NCBI RefSeq assembly: GCF_963921235.1
Contig: NC_086100.1
Location: 39,742,001-39,806,000, forward strand
Source of the DNA: Mobula hypostoma
Lineage: Eukaryota
DNA length: 64,000 nucleotides
Direction: 5' to 3'
The notes under the pieces were generated by a model, which saw only the letters and a program-made list of their open reading frames with translations, searched no databases and was not told the DNA's origin. This document shows, one piece after another, positions 37,626 through 50,935 of this stretch. The first letter of the stretch is position 1, and each line of letters begins with the position of its first letter. The position numbers were made by a program, and so were the translations under genes.

Positions 37626-40270
37626 TGTAATATTTAAGGAATGTTTGACTAATCTGGTATCTATATATATCGGTTGATTAAGTATTTTTAATAGTTTAAA
37701 CAATTCATTATGGGTTTTATATATATAAATATGGGAATTGCATGTCATCACGTTACCAGGTGATATACATGCACCTCGATTAAAGTAAACCTGGGGCTAG
37801 ACTGACGTTTCAGACTCCTGTGTCTTCCTTTGAATTAGTTCAATGCTTTGAAGTTACAAAACATGACATTGGCAACAAGGTATCTTTAAAAGGGAAATGA
37901 AAGTGTTGGCCCAAAACTTTGTCTGGTGGCCTGGGACAGATCAGTAGGTAGAGTAGCTTGCCATGCCAACGTGAGCAGTGCCTCTCCATCCCTGGGAATA
38001 GCCTGCTTTGCCCTGGCAGAGGATTCACGTGCATTTTGCTGGACCGCTCACGGGCACAAATCTCTCCGTAATAGTGGATGCAGCTACAAAGTGGCCAGAA
38101 GTGTTCCCAATGGCCTCCACTAAAGCCTCTCACACTGTTGGTGTGTCGAAAAGCCTCTTCTCAAGGACTTGTGTTCCAGCACACATAGTCAGTGACAATG
38201 GACTACAGTTTGCTGCGGAACAGTTTCAGTCATTCCTGAGAATGAATGGAATAAGACATATTACATCTGCACTGTACCATCCAGCTACAAATGGCTTTGT
38301 GGAAAGCTTTGTCCAGAGTCTAAAGAATGTATTGTGAGCAATGTCAACAGGACACATTACACTGACACTGAATCAGAAGCTCACCAATTTCCTCCTTGCC
38401 TATCGCAATACAGCACGCTCTCCAACCAACCACTCTCCAGATATGCTGTTTCTGGGTCAGCTCTTACACTTGTACTTGGATCTCCTCTAATCCAATCTAA
38501 GGAGTATGCAGGGCAAACAGCTGGGACAAACTGAGGGCTCCTCTGACAAGGAGGTTCAATCAAAGGTGGGTAATCGGAAAGATAAAGGGCAGAACAGGAC
38601 CACCCTCCAGCACAGTGGATATTGTGCCTGATGTGACCGCTCCACAGAGGATGCAATCCATATTGCTCTGATTCACTTAGAGGAACAGAACACTTATGTG
38701 AGGATGTTACTTGTGGTGGACTTCAGTTCTGCATTTAATACAGTCATCCCCCATAAACTGGTCAGCAAACTGAACACTCTTGGCCTTGGTTCCTCCCCGT
38801 GCTCATGGGTTATGGACTTCCTCACAGACCGACCACAGCAAGTCAGAATTGGTAAGCACACCTCCGCCACCCTCATCTTAAAAATAGGCACCCCGCAGGG
38901 CTGTGTGCTGAGCCCTATGCTCTACACACTCTTCACACATGACTGCACCCCCATCTACACCTCCAACTCCATAATTAAATTTGCAGATGATACCACAGTG
39001 GTTGGCCTGATCTCGGACGAGGATGAAACAGCCTACAGGCTTGAGGTGGATCATCTGACAGAGTGGTGTAAGGATAACTTAACACTTCTAAAACAAAAGA
39101 GATGATCATTGACTTTGGGAGATCAAAGGGCAGAGGACACCCCCTCCATATACATGGAGAGGTAGTGGAAAGTGTGGAAAACCTAAAGTTCCTTGGAGTT
39201 ATGTTGTCAAAACAGCTGACATGGACCACCAACACCTCGCTGCTTGTAAAAAAGGCACAACAAAGACTCTTCTTCCTCAGAAAGCTGAAACAGGCCAAAC
39301 TCCCACAAAAGCTGTTGCTTAACTTCTACAGAAGCACAATTGAAACCATCCTGACCAATAGCGCCACAGTGTGGTATGCCAGCTGCACAGCCGCTGAGCG
39401 ACAAGACCTGCATCGCGTGGTGAAGGCGGTCCAGTGAATTGTCAGGATGGAGCTCCCAGGACTGGACACCATCTACTCCAGCAGACTCAGGAGGAAAGCA
39501 ATCAGCATAACCAGAGACACCACACACCCCGGCCATTCCCCGTCTGACCTGCTGCCGCCCAGCAAAAGCTTCAGGACGCTAAAAGCCAGAACAAATAGAC
39601 TGAGGAACAGCTTCTATCCCAGACCTGTGGCCTCCATCACACCACTCCCACAGAACAATGACTGAAACTGTGAGCACACACACGTGCACACACAGGACTC
39701 CAATACTTGCACTAATGGCACTTTGTGCATTACTGTGATATTCCGGTGCTGCTGCAACTTATTTTCTGCTACTTATCTATTTAATACTGTTTTTCTATTA
39801 CTGTCTTGTTTTTATCTACCGCTTTATTTAATTACCTGAGAGGAAGCCAAACAGAGTTTCATTGTACCTATGTATAATGACAATAAAGATCATTCAATTC
39901 AATGTCATCTGGAGACGGCACATCGATCATCGATCAGTTGAGAAGAGCAGAGAGAATTGCTGAAAAAGGAAGGTGGATACCGCTATATAGGCAGAACCAC
40001 TAGAGTGGTGTCAGAGTCAACTCCTACAACTACAGCACAGGAGGCCCCAGAACCTGAGATTGTCTGACCAGCCAAGCAGAGCGTGCCCCACCCCTGCCCC
40101 TTGTCAGGAAAGACATTATCCCACAAGAGGTAGAAATTCTCCACTGTGATTAAACCGTTGGACCGGAATGGAACAATTTAAATTAGCTATGTAGTATGTA
40201 GTCTGAATATAGTAGCATAACATATACAGACTATATCCTATAATCTATGATATAGCATACATGTACATAG
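37626..40270 (+). mobile_element. Deleted Gypsy/Ty3 LTR retrotransposon (LTR ~37626-37862, integrase remnant)
   Basis: TGT...ACA LTR-like segment followed by a PBS-like TGGC. ORF 38008..38337 encodes an rve integrase (PWQRIHV.FAGP, VDA.TKWPEV, SDNG.QF, YHPATNG). Confidence 0.8.
38635..39901 (+). mobile_element. 5'-truncated Rex1 LINE nested in the Gypsy element, 4-bp ATGT duplication
   Basis: RT ORFs 38698-39105 ([15 protein letters not shown]), 39102-39437 and 39447-39665; ATGT at 38631-38634 and 39902-39905. Confidence 0.88.
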
Positions 40271-41039
40271 TTGAAATGTCAACTGTTTAATTATTTCTGT
40301 AGCTGCTGCCTGATCTGCTGAGTTATGCCAGAATTTTATGTGTGTTACTCTGGATTTCCAGCATCTGCAGGATCTCTTGTTCACAAAGTTTGGAGAAAAC
40401 ATTGCTGATGACTTTTAACAGTGTACCTACAGATCGTCCCTGCTAAACAGTAAGTTTCTTTTTTATAGATGTCCATAAGTCAATTTTGTTCATTAGTTGG
40501 AAAATACATAAAATTCACTTGATTTGGTAACCACATCTCCACAGTCTTGTAATGAATGACATGGAAAGCACAGGAGAGTGGTAAGAAAGACCAGATAGTA
40601 AAAGTGGAGAGGACAAGGAAACATTGTGCTGTTCATAGGTACCAAAGTACTGTATGTTGGACTTTTTAATTTAATGATGTTATGGAAGCTCATTCATTTT
40701 TAAAGGGACTCTTAAATCATGCGCTCATAACCTGGGACAGTCTGTATTGATATAATACCCCTTTAACCTGGATGCAAGGAGTGAAGTTCTAGTTTGTAGG
40801 TAAGTGATGACATCACTCCAGGATCCAAGAAGTTAATCAGATTGAAAATCTGCTTTTCATCCCACAGATGCATCTCACTGAGCGTATCCATCATTTTCTG
40901 GTTTTATTTTCTTTGTTTTAGATTTCCAGCTAAAACAAAGATTTTTTGATCTTCATTAACCAGGTCCACCTGGTCCTTGGTTTCATTAAATCTGGAACAC
41001 TGATATGAACATTGAAACAATGAAATTCTCCATTAATAT

Positions 41040-41800
41040 TCCCTACATGACTCCCTTGTCCATTCATCCCTCCCCACTGATCTCCCTCCTAGCACTCATT
41101 CATGCAAGCGAACAAGTGTTACCTCTCCTCCCTCACTGCCATTCAGGACCCCAAACTGCCTTTCCAGGTGAGGTGACACTTCACCTGTGAGTCTGTTGGG
41201 ATCATTTACCGTATCCGGTGCTCCCGGTGCAGCCTCCTGTATATCGGTGAGATCCGATGTAGATTAAGAGACCGCTTCACCAAGCACCTACACTCTGTCT
41301 GCCAGAAAAAGTGGGATCTCCTGGCAGCCATCCATTTCAATTCTACTTCCTATTCCGCAGATGCATGTCAGTCCATGGCCTCCTCTACTGATGAGCAACA
41401 CCTTATGTTCTATCTGGATAGCCTCCAACCTGATGGCATGAACATCGATTTTTCGAACTTTTGGTAATTCCTCACCCCTCCTTTCCTTCGCCATTCCCCA
41501 TTCCCATTTCCTTCATTCACCTTATCTCCTTACCTGCCCATCACCTCTCTCTGGTGCTTCTCCAGCTTCCCTTTCTTCCATGGCCTTCTGTCCTCTCTTA
41601 TCAGATTCCTCTTTCTCCAGCCCTTTACCTCTTTCACCAACTGACCCCAGCTCTTTACTTCTTCCCTCCCCTACCAAAACCTAGTTTCACCTATCACCTA
41701 CTTCTTCCTCACCTTCCTACTCTAACTTCTGATCTCTTTTTTCCAATTTTGATGAAGGGGCTGCTTTGGATTTCCAGCATCTGTAGATTTTCTTGTGTTT
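41040..41800 (+). mobile_element. Penelope-like fragment with clear GIY-YIG motif
   Basis: Translates FTCESVGIIYRIRCSRCSLLYIGEIRCRLRDRFTKHL (YIGE at 41240-41251); hammerhead is internally deleted. Confidence 0.85.
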
Positions 41801-44004
41801 AAAATTAGCACTTACCCTTTTCATATTATTTTGAATTGCTTCATGCTTTTCTTCCCTTCAATTTCTACCTGATGGTGGGACTTTGCAATATTCCCCCACA
41901 CAGTTTTTAATAAATTGCTGAAGAGATATGTTTCTATTGTAGGGGTATATATGTTGCATCAGAATTATACAAAGCATATCAGTTGATTTTTTTGTTCTCG
42001 TTTGACTTTCTTTTAAATTGAGTCACAAGCAAGCTAAATAATCAGAATTTATTTACTATTAATGTTACAATGTTTGGCTTAAAAATGTAGACGTAAATTC
42101 TTTAACAATGATTTGTATTTGGTGTCAATATAGATTAGATATACAAAAAAACAGATTGTACGACTTGAAGATTGCAAAGAAAACCTTGAGATTGTCAAGG
42201 TGATAAATACGTCACCATTTCTACAGCAGGACTCCAGGCTTTCAAAGTATTACATACAATTCAGAAAGTATTAAAGTATCTAATAACATACAAGTACTTA
42301 AACATACATATACAAATGGTGTGGAAAATGGTGCAGTTTTCAGTTTAAGATGAATAACAGAGGTATTAAATGCATAAATAAACATCAACAAACATGGTTT
42401 CTCCTAAGATCATGAGATCCCTTTTGAAAAATTATTGGTCACCAATATCTTTAATAAATCTGGTTGACATATAAACATCTCATTAGTTTAATACATTTGG
42501 ATCAGACAGACAACACGAGAAATTGTTGCATAATAATATAACTGAACTAGTAAAAATCTCAGAGACACAAGAGACTGCAGATACTGGAGTTAGAAGTTCT
42601 GCAGAACATTTTGGGCCTAAATTACTCTGAATGGATATAGCGTAAAAAAAACTTGTGCAAAGTTGAGTGAATGGTGATTATATTTGCATAATTATCATAT
42701 AAATAAAGGATGATATTAAATGCTGCAGATGCTTAATAACATTTTCTGACAGACAATCAGAAATATTGTAACTAACAAGCAGGGAAAGCATCTGGCAATG
42801 TTGATTTTATGCTGCAAGGATGAACTTGGTTTAAAAAAAATGGCAGTACTTTGGTCAGAGCCAGTTGGTTGGCATTTTTTGCAAATTAGTGACAAGTTGT
42901 AACATAGCAACCAGATCTATAACATTTCTTTGATGAGTTTAGGGCTACACTTTGGGATAATTCTATGCTGGGACATTTGGATTACGTGGAGACTCAGGCC
43001 CATTTCATAAAATGAAACCGAAAAGCATCCATGTTACTGTCACCCAAAGCTGCATGTAGCAGATGCTTCCCAAACTTCCAATACCTTGATCAAACAGTAA
43101 GTATGGAATACGCTCAAAATGCCAACAGATGATACAGTGCTTGTGTGCTACTGTATCATGTCATGCAAATAAATAGGGCATCTAACCAATTATATATTCT
43201 TACTATGTAGTGTAAAATAGTTTTATTTGTTTCACACATTCCTTCCTTTCACTTTGCCCCTAGTGGTGGGATTTCTCAGCATTCTCCCACCTAGCCTCTA
43301 TGAGATCACTACAGGGATAGAATTGTCCAGGCATTCGTGGTAAAAGTTAATTTGTTGGTCAAACATATATAGAGGATGAGGTAGAAATTCAGCCTTGATT
43401 GGTCACACTTACTGAGAACCAGAGTATTGATTACCATGCATTTGGTTCTACTGAAAAAAATAGAACCAGGTTTGTAAAGGAAATAAGGTAAGATGCCAAC
43501 TGTACCATAACTGATGCTGACACAGTGTCTGTGCCAAAATGACACAGGCAAATTTACAGTTTTCTTTTCTCTCTAATTAACTACCTTTAAAATGTTTGCT
43601 ACTGTGTTCCTTGCTGTCTTGGATGAAAGATCAAGATGCAAAACTATAACCACTGCACAGCCTGTTCAAGTAAGACATTTCAACAAGGCATTTCAAGGCC
43701 TAGGGTGGCAATCAGGGAAACTTGAAAGGTCACAGTGGCATGTTACTAAGTGTCATTAGTACTCACCTTGGATTTAAAGAGACCAAATATCAGTAGGTGA
43801 GCATTACCTGTGGCCAATTACCTCATATTGCTGTCATGCAAGCAATCAAAACCATATTCCGCACCTGCTTATCCTGGATAATATAGGACCTGCAATTACT
43901 CACCTGGTTACAAGTGAAAGAAAAAATTATGCAAATATTGGAATATTGCCAGTCAAACACGCAAACTATCTATGGCGCAGGACCAAATCATTTGGGGTAA
44001 TCAA

Positions 44005-44152
44005 TCCATACAAAATGCTGGAGGAACTCAGCAGGCCAGGCAGCATCTATGAGAAATCTCTTTTCCATAAACTCTGCCCAACCTGCTGAGTTCCTTCAGC
44101 ATTTTGTGAGTGTTAGTTGGATTTCCAGCATCGGCAGATTTTCTCTTGTTTG
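44005..44152. mobile_element. Hairpin PLE-terminus mini-element with ~15-bp TSD
   Basis: Inverted arms at 44010-44035 and 44082-44107. Flanks are catttggggtaatcaa (43989-44004) and catttgggtaatcaa (44153-44167). Confidence 0.75.
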
Positions 44153-44475
44153 CATTTGGGTAATCAACATTCTTTCCAGGATAAATGATAATGGGAATAC
44201 TGTATGTATCTTGGAGAAAATACATGAAAACAAACTGAAAATTATTTAAATTGCAAGGAAGTTGCATGTTAGTCTGCTTGTTAATGGATGACATTCCTGA
44301 AAGGTACATAAATTATTCATTTGTTCAGACCATGCACGAGGCTGCTCCAGATCGCATCACAATTAGATTATCATTCATTATTCAATCACCATTAAAGACA
44401 ATATCCCTCCAGCAAGATTATACAACATTTTAATCCACGAGGGACAGCATTCTCTTAGCAGAGATGCCAATATAG

Positions 44476-44605
44476 AGACACAAGAGACTGTAGATGGTGG
44501 AATCTGAGCCAAAAAAAAATCAGTCTTCTGGAGGAACAGTGGATTGAGCAGTATCTGTGAGAGGAAAGGACTGTCATCGTTTCACATTAAACCCTGCATT
44601 AGGAG
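44476..44605 (-). mobile_element. Older PLE terminal fragment (different subfamily)
   Basis: Starts gacacaagagactgtagatggtggaatc and carries a degenerate ctaatgcagggt...gaaacg motif on the minus strand. Confidence 0.5.
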
Positions 44606-47302
44606 GTCATTTCCCAAAATCTCTGCTCCCCACCACAAACTATATTCCCTAGTCCACCAGCTCCCTCCACCTTATAGTCACTTGACTGAGGATGGGCCAT
44701 GTTGATTGGACCCCTGCACCAAATTTCATTTTGAGCTTCACTTTCAACTATAAACCTAGGCCATCAGTTTTGATCTCCATAACATCAGCTGACTCTGCCC
44801 TCTTCGTTTCACCTGCTGCTGAAATCCTCATCCATACCCCAATATTGCCTGGCGGACTTTATAGTGATGCCTGAGGCCATCAAAAATCCAATTCCCCTTG
44901 CCCTGTTTTACGCTCTTCCTTCATCCTTTTGGTTCTCACTCTGCACTAGCTCTGATAAGCAATCCCTATATCTTCAAAAGCTCGATCCTTTTTAAAATCC
45001 CTCTGTTACCTTGGCTCTTCTTATCTCCCCCAGCCCTTTAATTCTCTCATCTGTTCTTACGCTATGGAAACACTTGTAAATCCTGATTTTGATTGCTGCA
45101 TTCTTCAGCTGTCAATTCAACTGCCAAAGTCTAAAATTGTGGAATTTCCCACCTAATCCTCTGAGCTTCCTAAAGACAAGACTTTGTTTCCACCTCTGAT
45201 TATCCCTGTATGGCTCAGTGTCACTTACGGTTGAAGCTTTGTTGAAATCTCCCAGGTTTAGTGATGCTAAGTATCATTTCAATACAAAAGAAAACTTCAT
45301 CCTAATCAAAGCATTTGACAAAAAGGCTGCATGTGTTTTAAATTATTTATTTACTCCATTCTTCTTTGTTATCCTGACTTTTCCAAATGATTCTATAAAT
45401 AAACTATTTTTCTTTGGAGGAGGTATTTGAGACATGTCAAATATAAGAGAGATCATTGCCTATTAGGAAAATGGAGGTTTAAGTAGATTTTATTTTATCT
45501 TCAAACTTATGGATTTCTAGTGATGTGATAGGATAAAAATCTAAAAATGAAATTTTTGACTTTGCAGCAATGGTAAATGTCCACTCTAAAAGTTGGCACT
45601 TGTGTAAGTTAACAGCCCAGTGACATGAAAACACAGGTGTAAGAAATCTCATCCTGTCTGGATTTTGTTGTAGTTCTTACGTTTAGAAAAGATGGTTGGC
45701 AGCACTTACGGGATACTTCTTTAAAATTAGATTGTTGATTTAAATGTTTATGAAATGCAGATATTCCTTTCACGTTCTAAAGTTATATAAAAATTTGAAT
45801 GCTGCATTTCAAGGCACATGGTAGAACCAAAATACCAGAAGATCTTGAAACTCCTAATCACAGACCACCGGATGAGATGGTTCTGTATCAAGGAGCTTTC
45901 ACTGAAAATTGTCATGATTTTGCAATTTTTCACAATAAAATGTGTATATGTTCAAAAGTTATATTTATAAATGAAGCATGATTGCACCTTACAAACACCT
46001 GAAAAAAAATGGAGAAAGCTGTGTGAAGTCATGTGCAAATTGAATAATAGGTTGATCGACATATATTCTGCAGGTTAATACTGTTTGATACTTAGTAGTA
46101 AGTGTGGACTGATAAATGCAAGAGATAGAGTTGTTGCCTTTGTAAAAGTAACACATGTACTGAATCTAAAAGAAAGTCCAAGGCAATCCCTAAATTAATT
46201 ACAGTAGGTGTTGTTTGTTATATATATGTGAGCATTAGATGTGAAGCACTGTCCATCTTAATTTATGATCCAAACAGCTATTATGAAAAATCGTAATAAA
46301 ATTGAATAAATAATTTAGCAAGTTCTGATGCAGAATAAAACTTAATGTGTAAAAATTGGAAATGAAAGTAGGGAAACATTTTAAAGTGGTTAGATTTTTA
46401 AAAGGTGTAAAACAGCAATAGCATGGAGGAGGAATCCACAGCATTTGAAAATGCTGTGATAAACAGGATTAGCAAGCAAAACAAATATTAGTACAAAATC
46501 AAAATGCTGTTGAATGTAACTTTTCAAATGCAAACCAAATGATTAGCAGTTTAGGCTGTCTATTAAATGGAAATTGAAAATATTGTTCAAATGCTTGGAG
46601 CTATGCTAGATGAACTAGAAATTGTTATGTACTAAAAATTGTGCAAGGCAACTGGTGTTTTAGGAAAGTCCTTTCCTCCATATCTCCCATCATGATGGGG
46701 AGACCAGGGTTTCTTCTCATTCCAGAGTTGAGATAATGGAAAAATATATGGGAGGATGGTGGTGGTGTATAGTTAGTGCGTAGGATTGCAGGGAATAGTG
46801 AAGTTGGATCATTGGAACTGGATTTGGGTGAGCACATGAATGGTGGTTGGAAATTACGGGCACTTTAGGTGATATACCAAGATTTCCTGTGGATATTGAA
46901 AGTGTGGAATGAAGGACAATCAGTGATAAGCACACATAGCAAGAAGAAAATTGACACCTGAGATTTCATGAGCCCATTAGAGTTCGGGTCTTTCAACTAA
47001 AGCCAAAGCAGGGCTTGGCCTTCTAGCTAACACCATTTCTGGTACTTGAAATCCATGCCCATCACATCCAGCAAAGTTAAACAAATGAATTCACATTGCA
47101 TCCTGCCTGAGATCACAAGCATTTCCAGAGGCCTTGCTGCCTATATATACAATGGACTTGTGTTAACCTTTTGGATCACAGAACTGGCAAATCATACTGT
47201 TGTGCTTAACAACAGAGTTTTTAAAATATATAAAGACACAATTATATATAAACAAATTGTCTGATGCATAAGGTTTTGTTTTCCCTACAATTTTATATTT
47301 CA

Positions 47303-47320
47303 ACAGCAGATGGCACCAAA
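47303..47320 (+). promoter_or_regulatory. Candidate CTCF site
   Basis: ACAGCAGATGGCACCAAA matches the CTCF core CCASYAGRKGGCRS; it lies in repeat-free intergenic DNA. Confidence 0.45.
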
Positions 47321-48077
47321 GTCTGCCATACACTCAGAAACAATGGGCTCCTGGGACCTTGCTGTTTCAATTGATCACATGAAGGAAGCCAAGAGTTAGC
47401 ACGTGAATTCCTTGTGTGAAACTGTTAAGGCACCAGGAGGCCAGAGAGCTAAGTGAGCCAATGAACATGCAGTTTGAATGTTGGCCTTTTAAATAGTGTG
47501 GTTCATGCAAATGGAATTAAAGAAAGCTCGCTTTCTGTGAATAGCTAAGACTTGTTCATTCTGAAGTGAGTGAGATAAAAATGTCTCAATGCAGACAAGT
47601 CTAATCTATTGTTATACTGCTGATGTTCTTTACCAGTTGAGGGAGCATAAAAATCCTGCAGAAAGAAAATGAGGAAGTGAATTTCCTTCCCAGTAGTGAG
47701 TAACATATCACTCATTTACAATAATGCAGGCAACCGTATTTGTGTATCGACATTAACAACAGAGCAGAGTTTTGTTGGAGGTCTGTAAAATAATTTACTT
47801 CTACAGAGCCAGTTAAACTTTCAATCCCTCACAAGAAGACAATGGAGCAGATTAGGTCAGTTTCCTCTATGAGTAATATTAATGTGTATAAACAGACCAT
47901 GCAAAACCATGGCAGTGATTTTCTTTCAGTTTTTTTAATATTCAAATTGCTGTTGGCACACTCAAATGTACATATGGATATCAGATCACTAAAAACAAGG
48001 AAAAAGCTGTTTATTATTAAAGAACAATAAAGATAACCCCTGCAGCTCCACCTGCAGATGAACAAGTGGAACCACTG

Positions 48078-48388
48078 AGCAACACACACAAAATGCTGGT
48101 GAACGCAGCAGGCCAGGCAGCGTCTATAGGAAGAGGTACTGTCGACATTTCGGGCAGAGACCCTTCGTCAGGACTAACTGAAAGAAAAGATAGTAAGAGG
48201 TTTGAAAGTGGGAGGGGGAGATCTGAAATGATAGGAGAAGACAGGAGGGGATGGGATGGAGCTAAGAGCTGGACAGTGGATTGGCAAAAGGGACATGAGG
48301 CTGGAGAAGGGGGAGGATTATGGGATGGGAGGCCTAGAGAAAGAAAGGGGGAGGGGAGAGAGAAGGGGGGGGGTGAGAGGAGAACAAA

Positions 48389-48423
<35 letters not shown>

Positions 48424-48886
48424 GCAGGATCTCCCAGTGGCCACACATTTTAATTCTACATCCCATTCCCATTCTGTTATGTCTATCCATGGCCTCCTCT
48501 ACTGTCAGATGAAGCCACACTCAGGTTGGAGGAACAACACCTTATATTCCATCTGGGTAGCCTCCAACCTGATGGCATGAACATCGACTTCTCTAACTTC
48601 TGCTAATGCCCCTCCTCCCCTTCTTAGCCCATCCCATATTTATTTATTTATTATCCCCCCCTTTTTTTTCTCTGTCTCTCCCTCTCACAATCACTCCTTG
48701 CCTGCTCTCCATCTTCCTCTGGGCACCTCTCCCCCTTTCTTTCTCCCTAGGCCTCCTGTCCCATGATCCCACCCCCCCTTCTCCAGCTCTGTATCCCTTT
48801 TGCCAATCAACTTTCCAGCTTTTAGCTTCATCCCTCCCCCTCCTGTCTTCTCCTATCACTTCAGACCTCCCCCCCCTTTTCAAAGT
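48078..48886. mobile_element. Penelope-like insertion: inverted terminal repeat (48078-48423, with TAAA microsatellite) joined to a plus-strand GIY-YIG 3' fragment (48424-48886)
   Basis: 48202-48423 is the reverse complement of 48638-48884 with an internal gap; carries the best hammerhead copy. Confidence 0.85.
48140..48175 (-). ncRNA. Minimal type-I hammerhead ribozyme in a PLE terminal repeat (core intact)
   Basis: Minus strand reads AGUC-CUGACGA-A-GGGU(CUCU)GCCC-GAAA-UGUC-GACA: conserved CUGANGA and GAAA core, stem II, GUC triplet and a GUC/GAC stem I. Confidence 0.75.
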
Positions 48887-50671
48887 TCATTCTTAATTGT
48901 TGTTGGGTTCAAAGGTTGGCTATGTTTTAGAACTGTTGTGACATTTATTGTCTTTGAAGGTGTGTGAAATTGTACTGTGTGATAACTTGCCTATCCCTAC
49001 CCACATGATTAAATTAAACTATTCCAAATTAATTGCATATACTGTATCTACATATGATGCCTTGAAAATGCAATGTTATGATTCAAGTATAACTGAATAT
49101 GTATAAAGGATTTTTGGAAAATTCCTTAATATTCTGCTGACAATCATGGCTGATGTTGGCAAGCCTAACATAGCTTCTGTTAGCAATCCAGACACAATCT
49201 CTTGAACCAGCAATGTTGACTTAAACTCTTTACCGGTCCAGACTTAATACAATAGCTTCCACATTCAAATTCATGAAATTTCAGCTCTGATGTTTATTAC
49301 ATTTAGTATGGAGATACTTGATGTAACCATAATATATTAGAAGTTTCTCTCATGGGCAAATGGTTTCCTGTTAATGCTAATGTAACCCAGGTTAATTAAA
49401 CCCAAATATGTAATGTTAGAAAGCTCAACCTGTGCAGGAATGAAGATGAGGTTTACCAAACTTTAAAAAAAAGATAATTTGGGGGAAAAAGCTATGCAAG
49501 TACGAGGTGTTGTTGACACAGGCACAGACAAGCAAGAAAAATGCAGCAAACTATTAGAAACTAAAGATATAAACTGTAAAAAGTGGAATTAGTAGTGTAT
49601 ATCTCTATCCTATTTACTTGAAAACCTCAGGGTGAAACCCCTGGAGGAGAGACGATAGTGATAAAAGATCTATTGAAGCTACAGCTATTACGGCTGGTGG
49701 ATATTTATTTTTTTTTGAATTTCTACTGTTTAGCGCACTGCTGCGTGGAGTACAACAGCTTCTAAGCTAAAGAGAGATCAGAGAAGTGGCTAATGTTATG
49801 AAGCTGCACTAGATAAGGAGTGCAGAGTTCCTTATTTTAAGGAGATAAGTGCAGACGCTTTATCACGAACATAGTTGTTTTTCGCTTTGAATTTATGTAC
49901 TTGAGTTTCAACTGTAGTGGAATTTGAAAGCTTACTTCTAAACATTTAATTCAGCTTTCTGGGTTACTGGTTTGGTAACACGACTCAATGCACTTGTAAA
50001 ATTCAGCGTTTTTATAAATAAGATGCTGAACTTACTGAAATGAGAACTAATTCCACTGGCAAGCTAATCACTTCCACTTCAGCTGAAACTAAATGTTCTT
50101 TATTCATATCTTAATGCTGTCAATGCAAAGAAATGTGTTTTTCTAATCTCCTGCACAGAATCAGAGTTTTTTTTGGACAAAGGTATAGCCCATATTATGT
50201 GATGAAATATTTCCCTTAAAATACCCAGTAAATGTGACCAAACTATAATACAGTACGGCCTGGATATAGCAAGGCCCTTGTTACACCACCTTGGGGCGTT
50301 CACTTGCTTACAGCCTAATGGGGAAGTACCCAAAGCTGCTCATCCTTATCAGCAGCTTTTATTGCTTCTTTCTCCATCACAGTCATGCTGAACAGATGTT
50401 TAAACTACACACAAAGCGGACTTACTGGAGTATATCCTGAAAGCCTGACCCTTTGTTACACGAGGTTTATGTGCATCTTTAATGGAACTCCAAATCATAC
50501 TGACAGCTTAACAAGCAATGTGGCATGAAAAACACCCAATTTTATGTGTATTTCCTTAAGTGAACATTCGAAAATCATATAGGTTTGTAATCATTGGTTG
50601 CCAGAAGTCTGTTTGAGAATAGAAGAGCTGGGAGCATGCAGCCAACTTCTCTGCCTGCTCCTCATAATGGG

Positions 50672-50935
50672 TGCCACAGCAGCATGGCGGTTAGCACGAT
50701 GCTGTTCTAGCTCAGGGTGTCGGTGTTCACGTTTCAATTCCAGTGCCTTCTGTGAGGAGTTTGTATGTTCTCCCTGTGAACGCGTGGGTTTCCTCTGGGT
50801 GCTCCAGTGTCCTCCCATAGTCCAAAGACGTACTGGTTAGTAGGCTAATTGGTCCTGTGACCAGGTCAGGGTTAAATAGGCCAGGCGCTGGGCCAGAAGG
50901 GCTTGTTCTGTGTCGTATCTCTAAATAAATAAACA
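50672..50935 (+). mobile_element. V-SINE (tRNA-derived)
   Basis: V-domain core gtttgtatgttctccc...gtgggtttcctc.gggtgctcc...cctccca.agtccaaagacgt. Confidence 0.8.

Noticed and set aside
38008-38337. Integrase ORF as a domesticated gene
   Set aside because: It is short and frameshifted, the catalytic region is degenerate, and the surrounding element is interrupted by a LINE.
43255-43270. Second CTCF-like motif (CCACTAGGGGCA on the minus strand)
   Set aside because: It is one base short of the core spacing.
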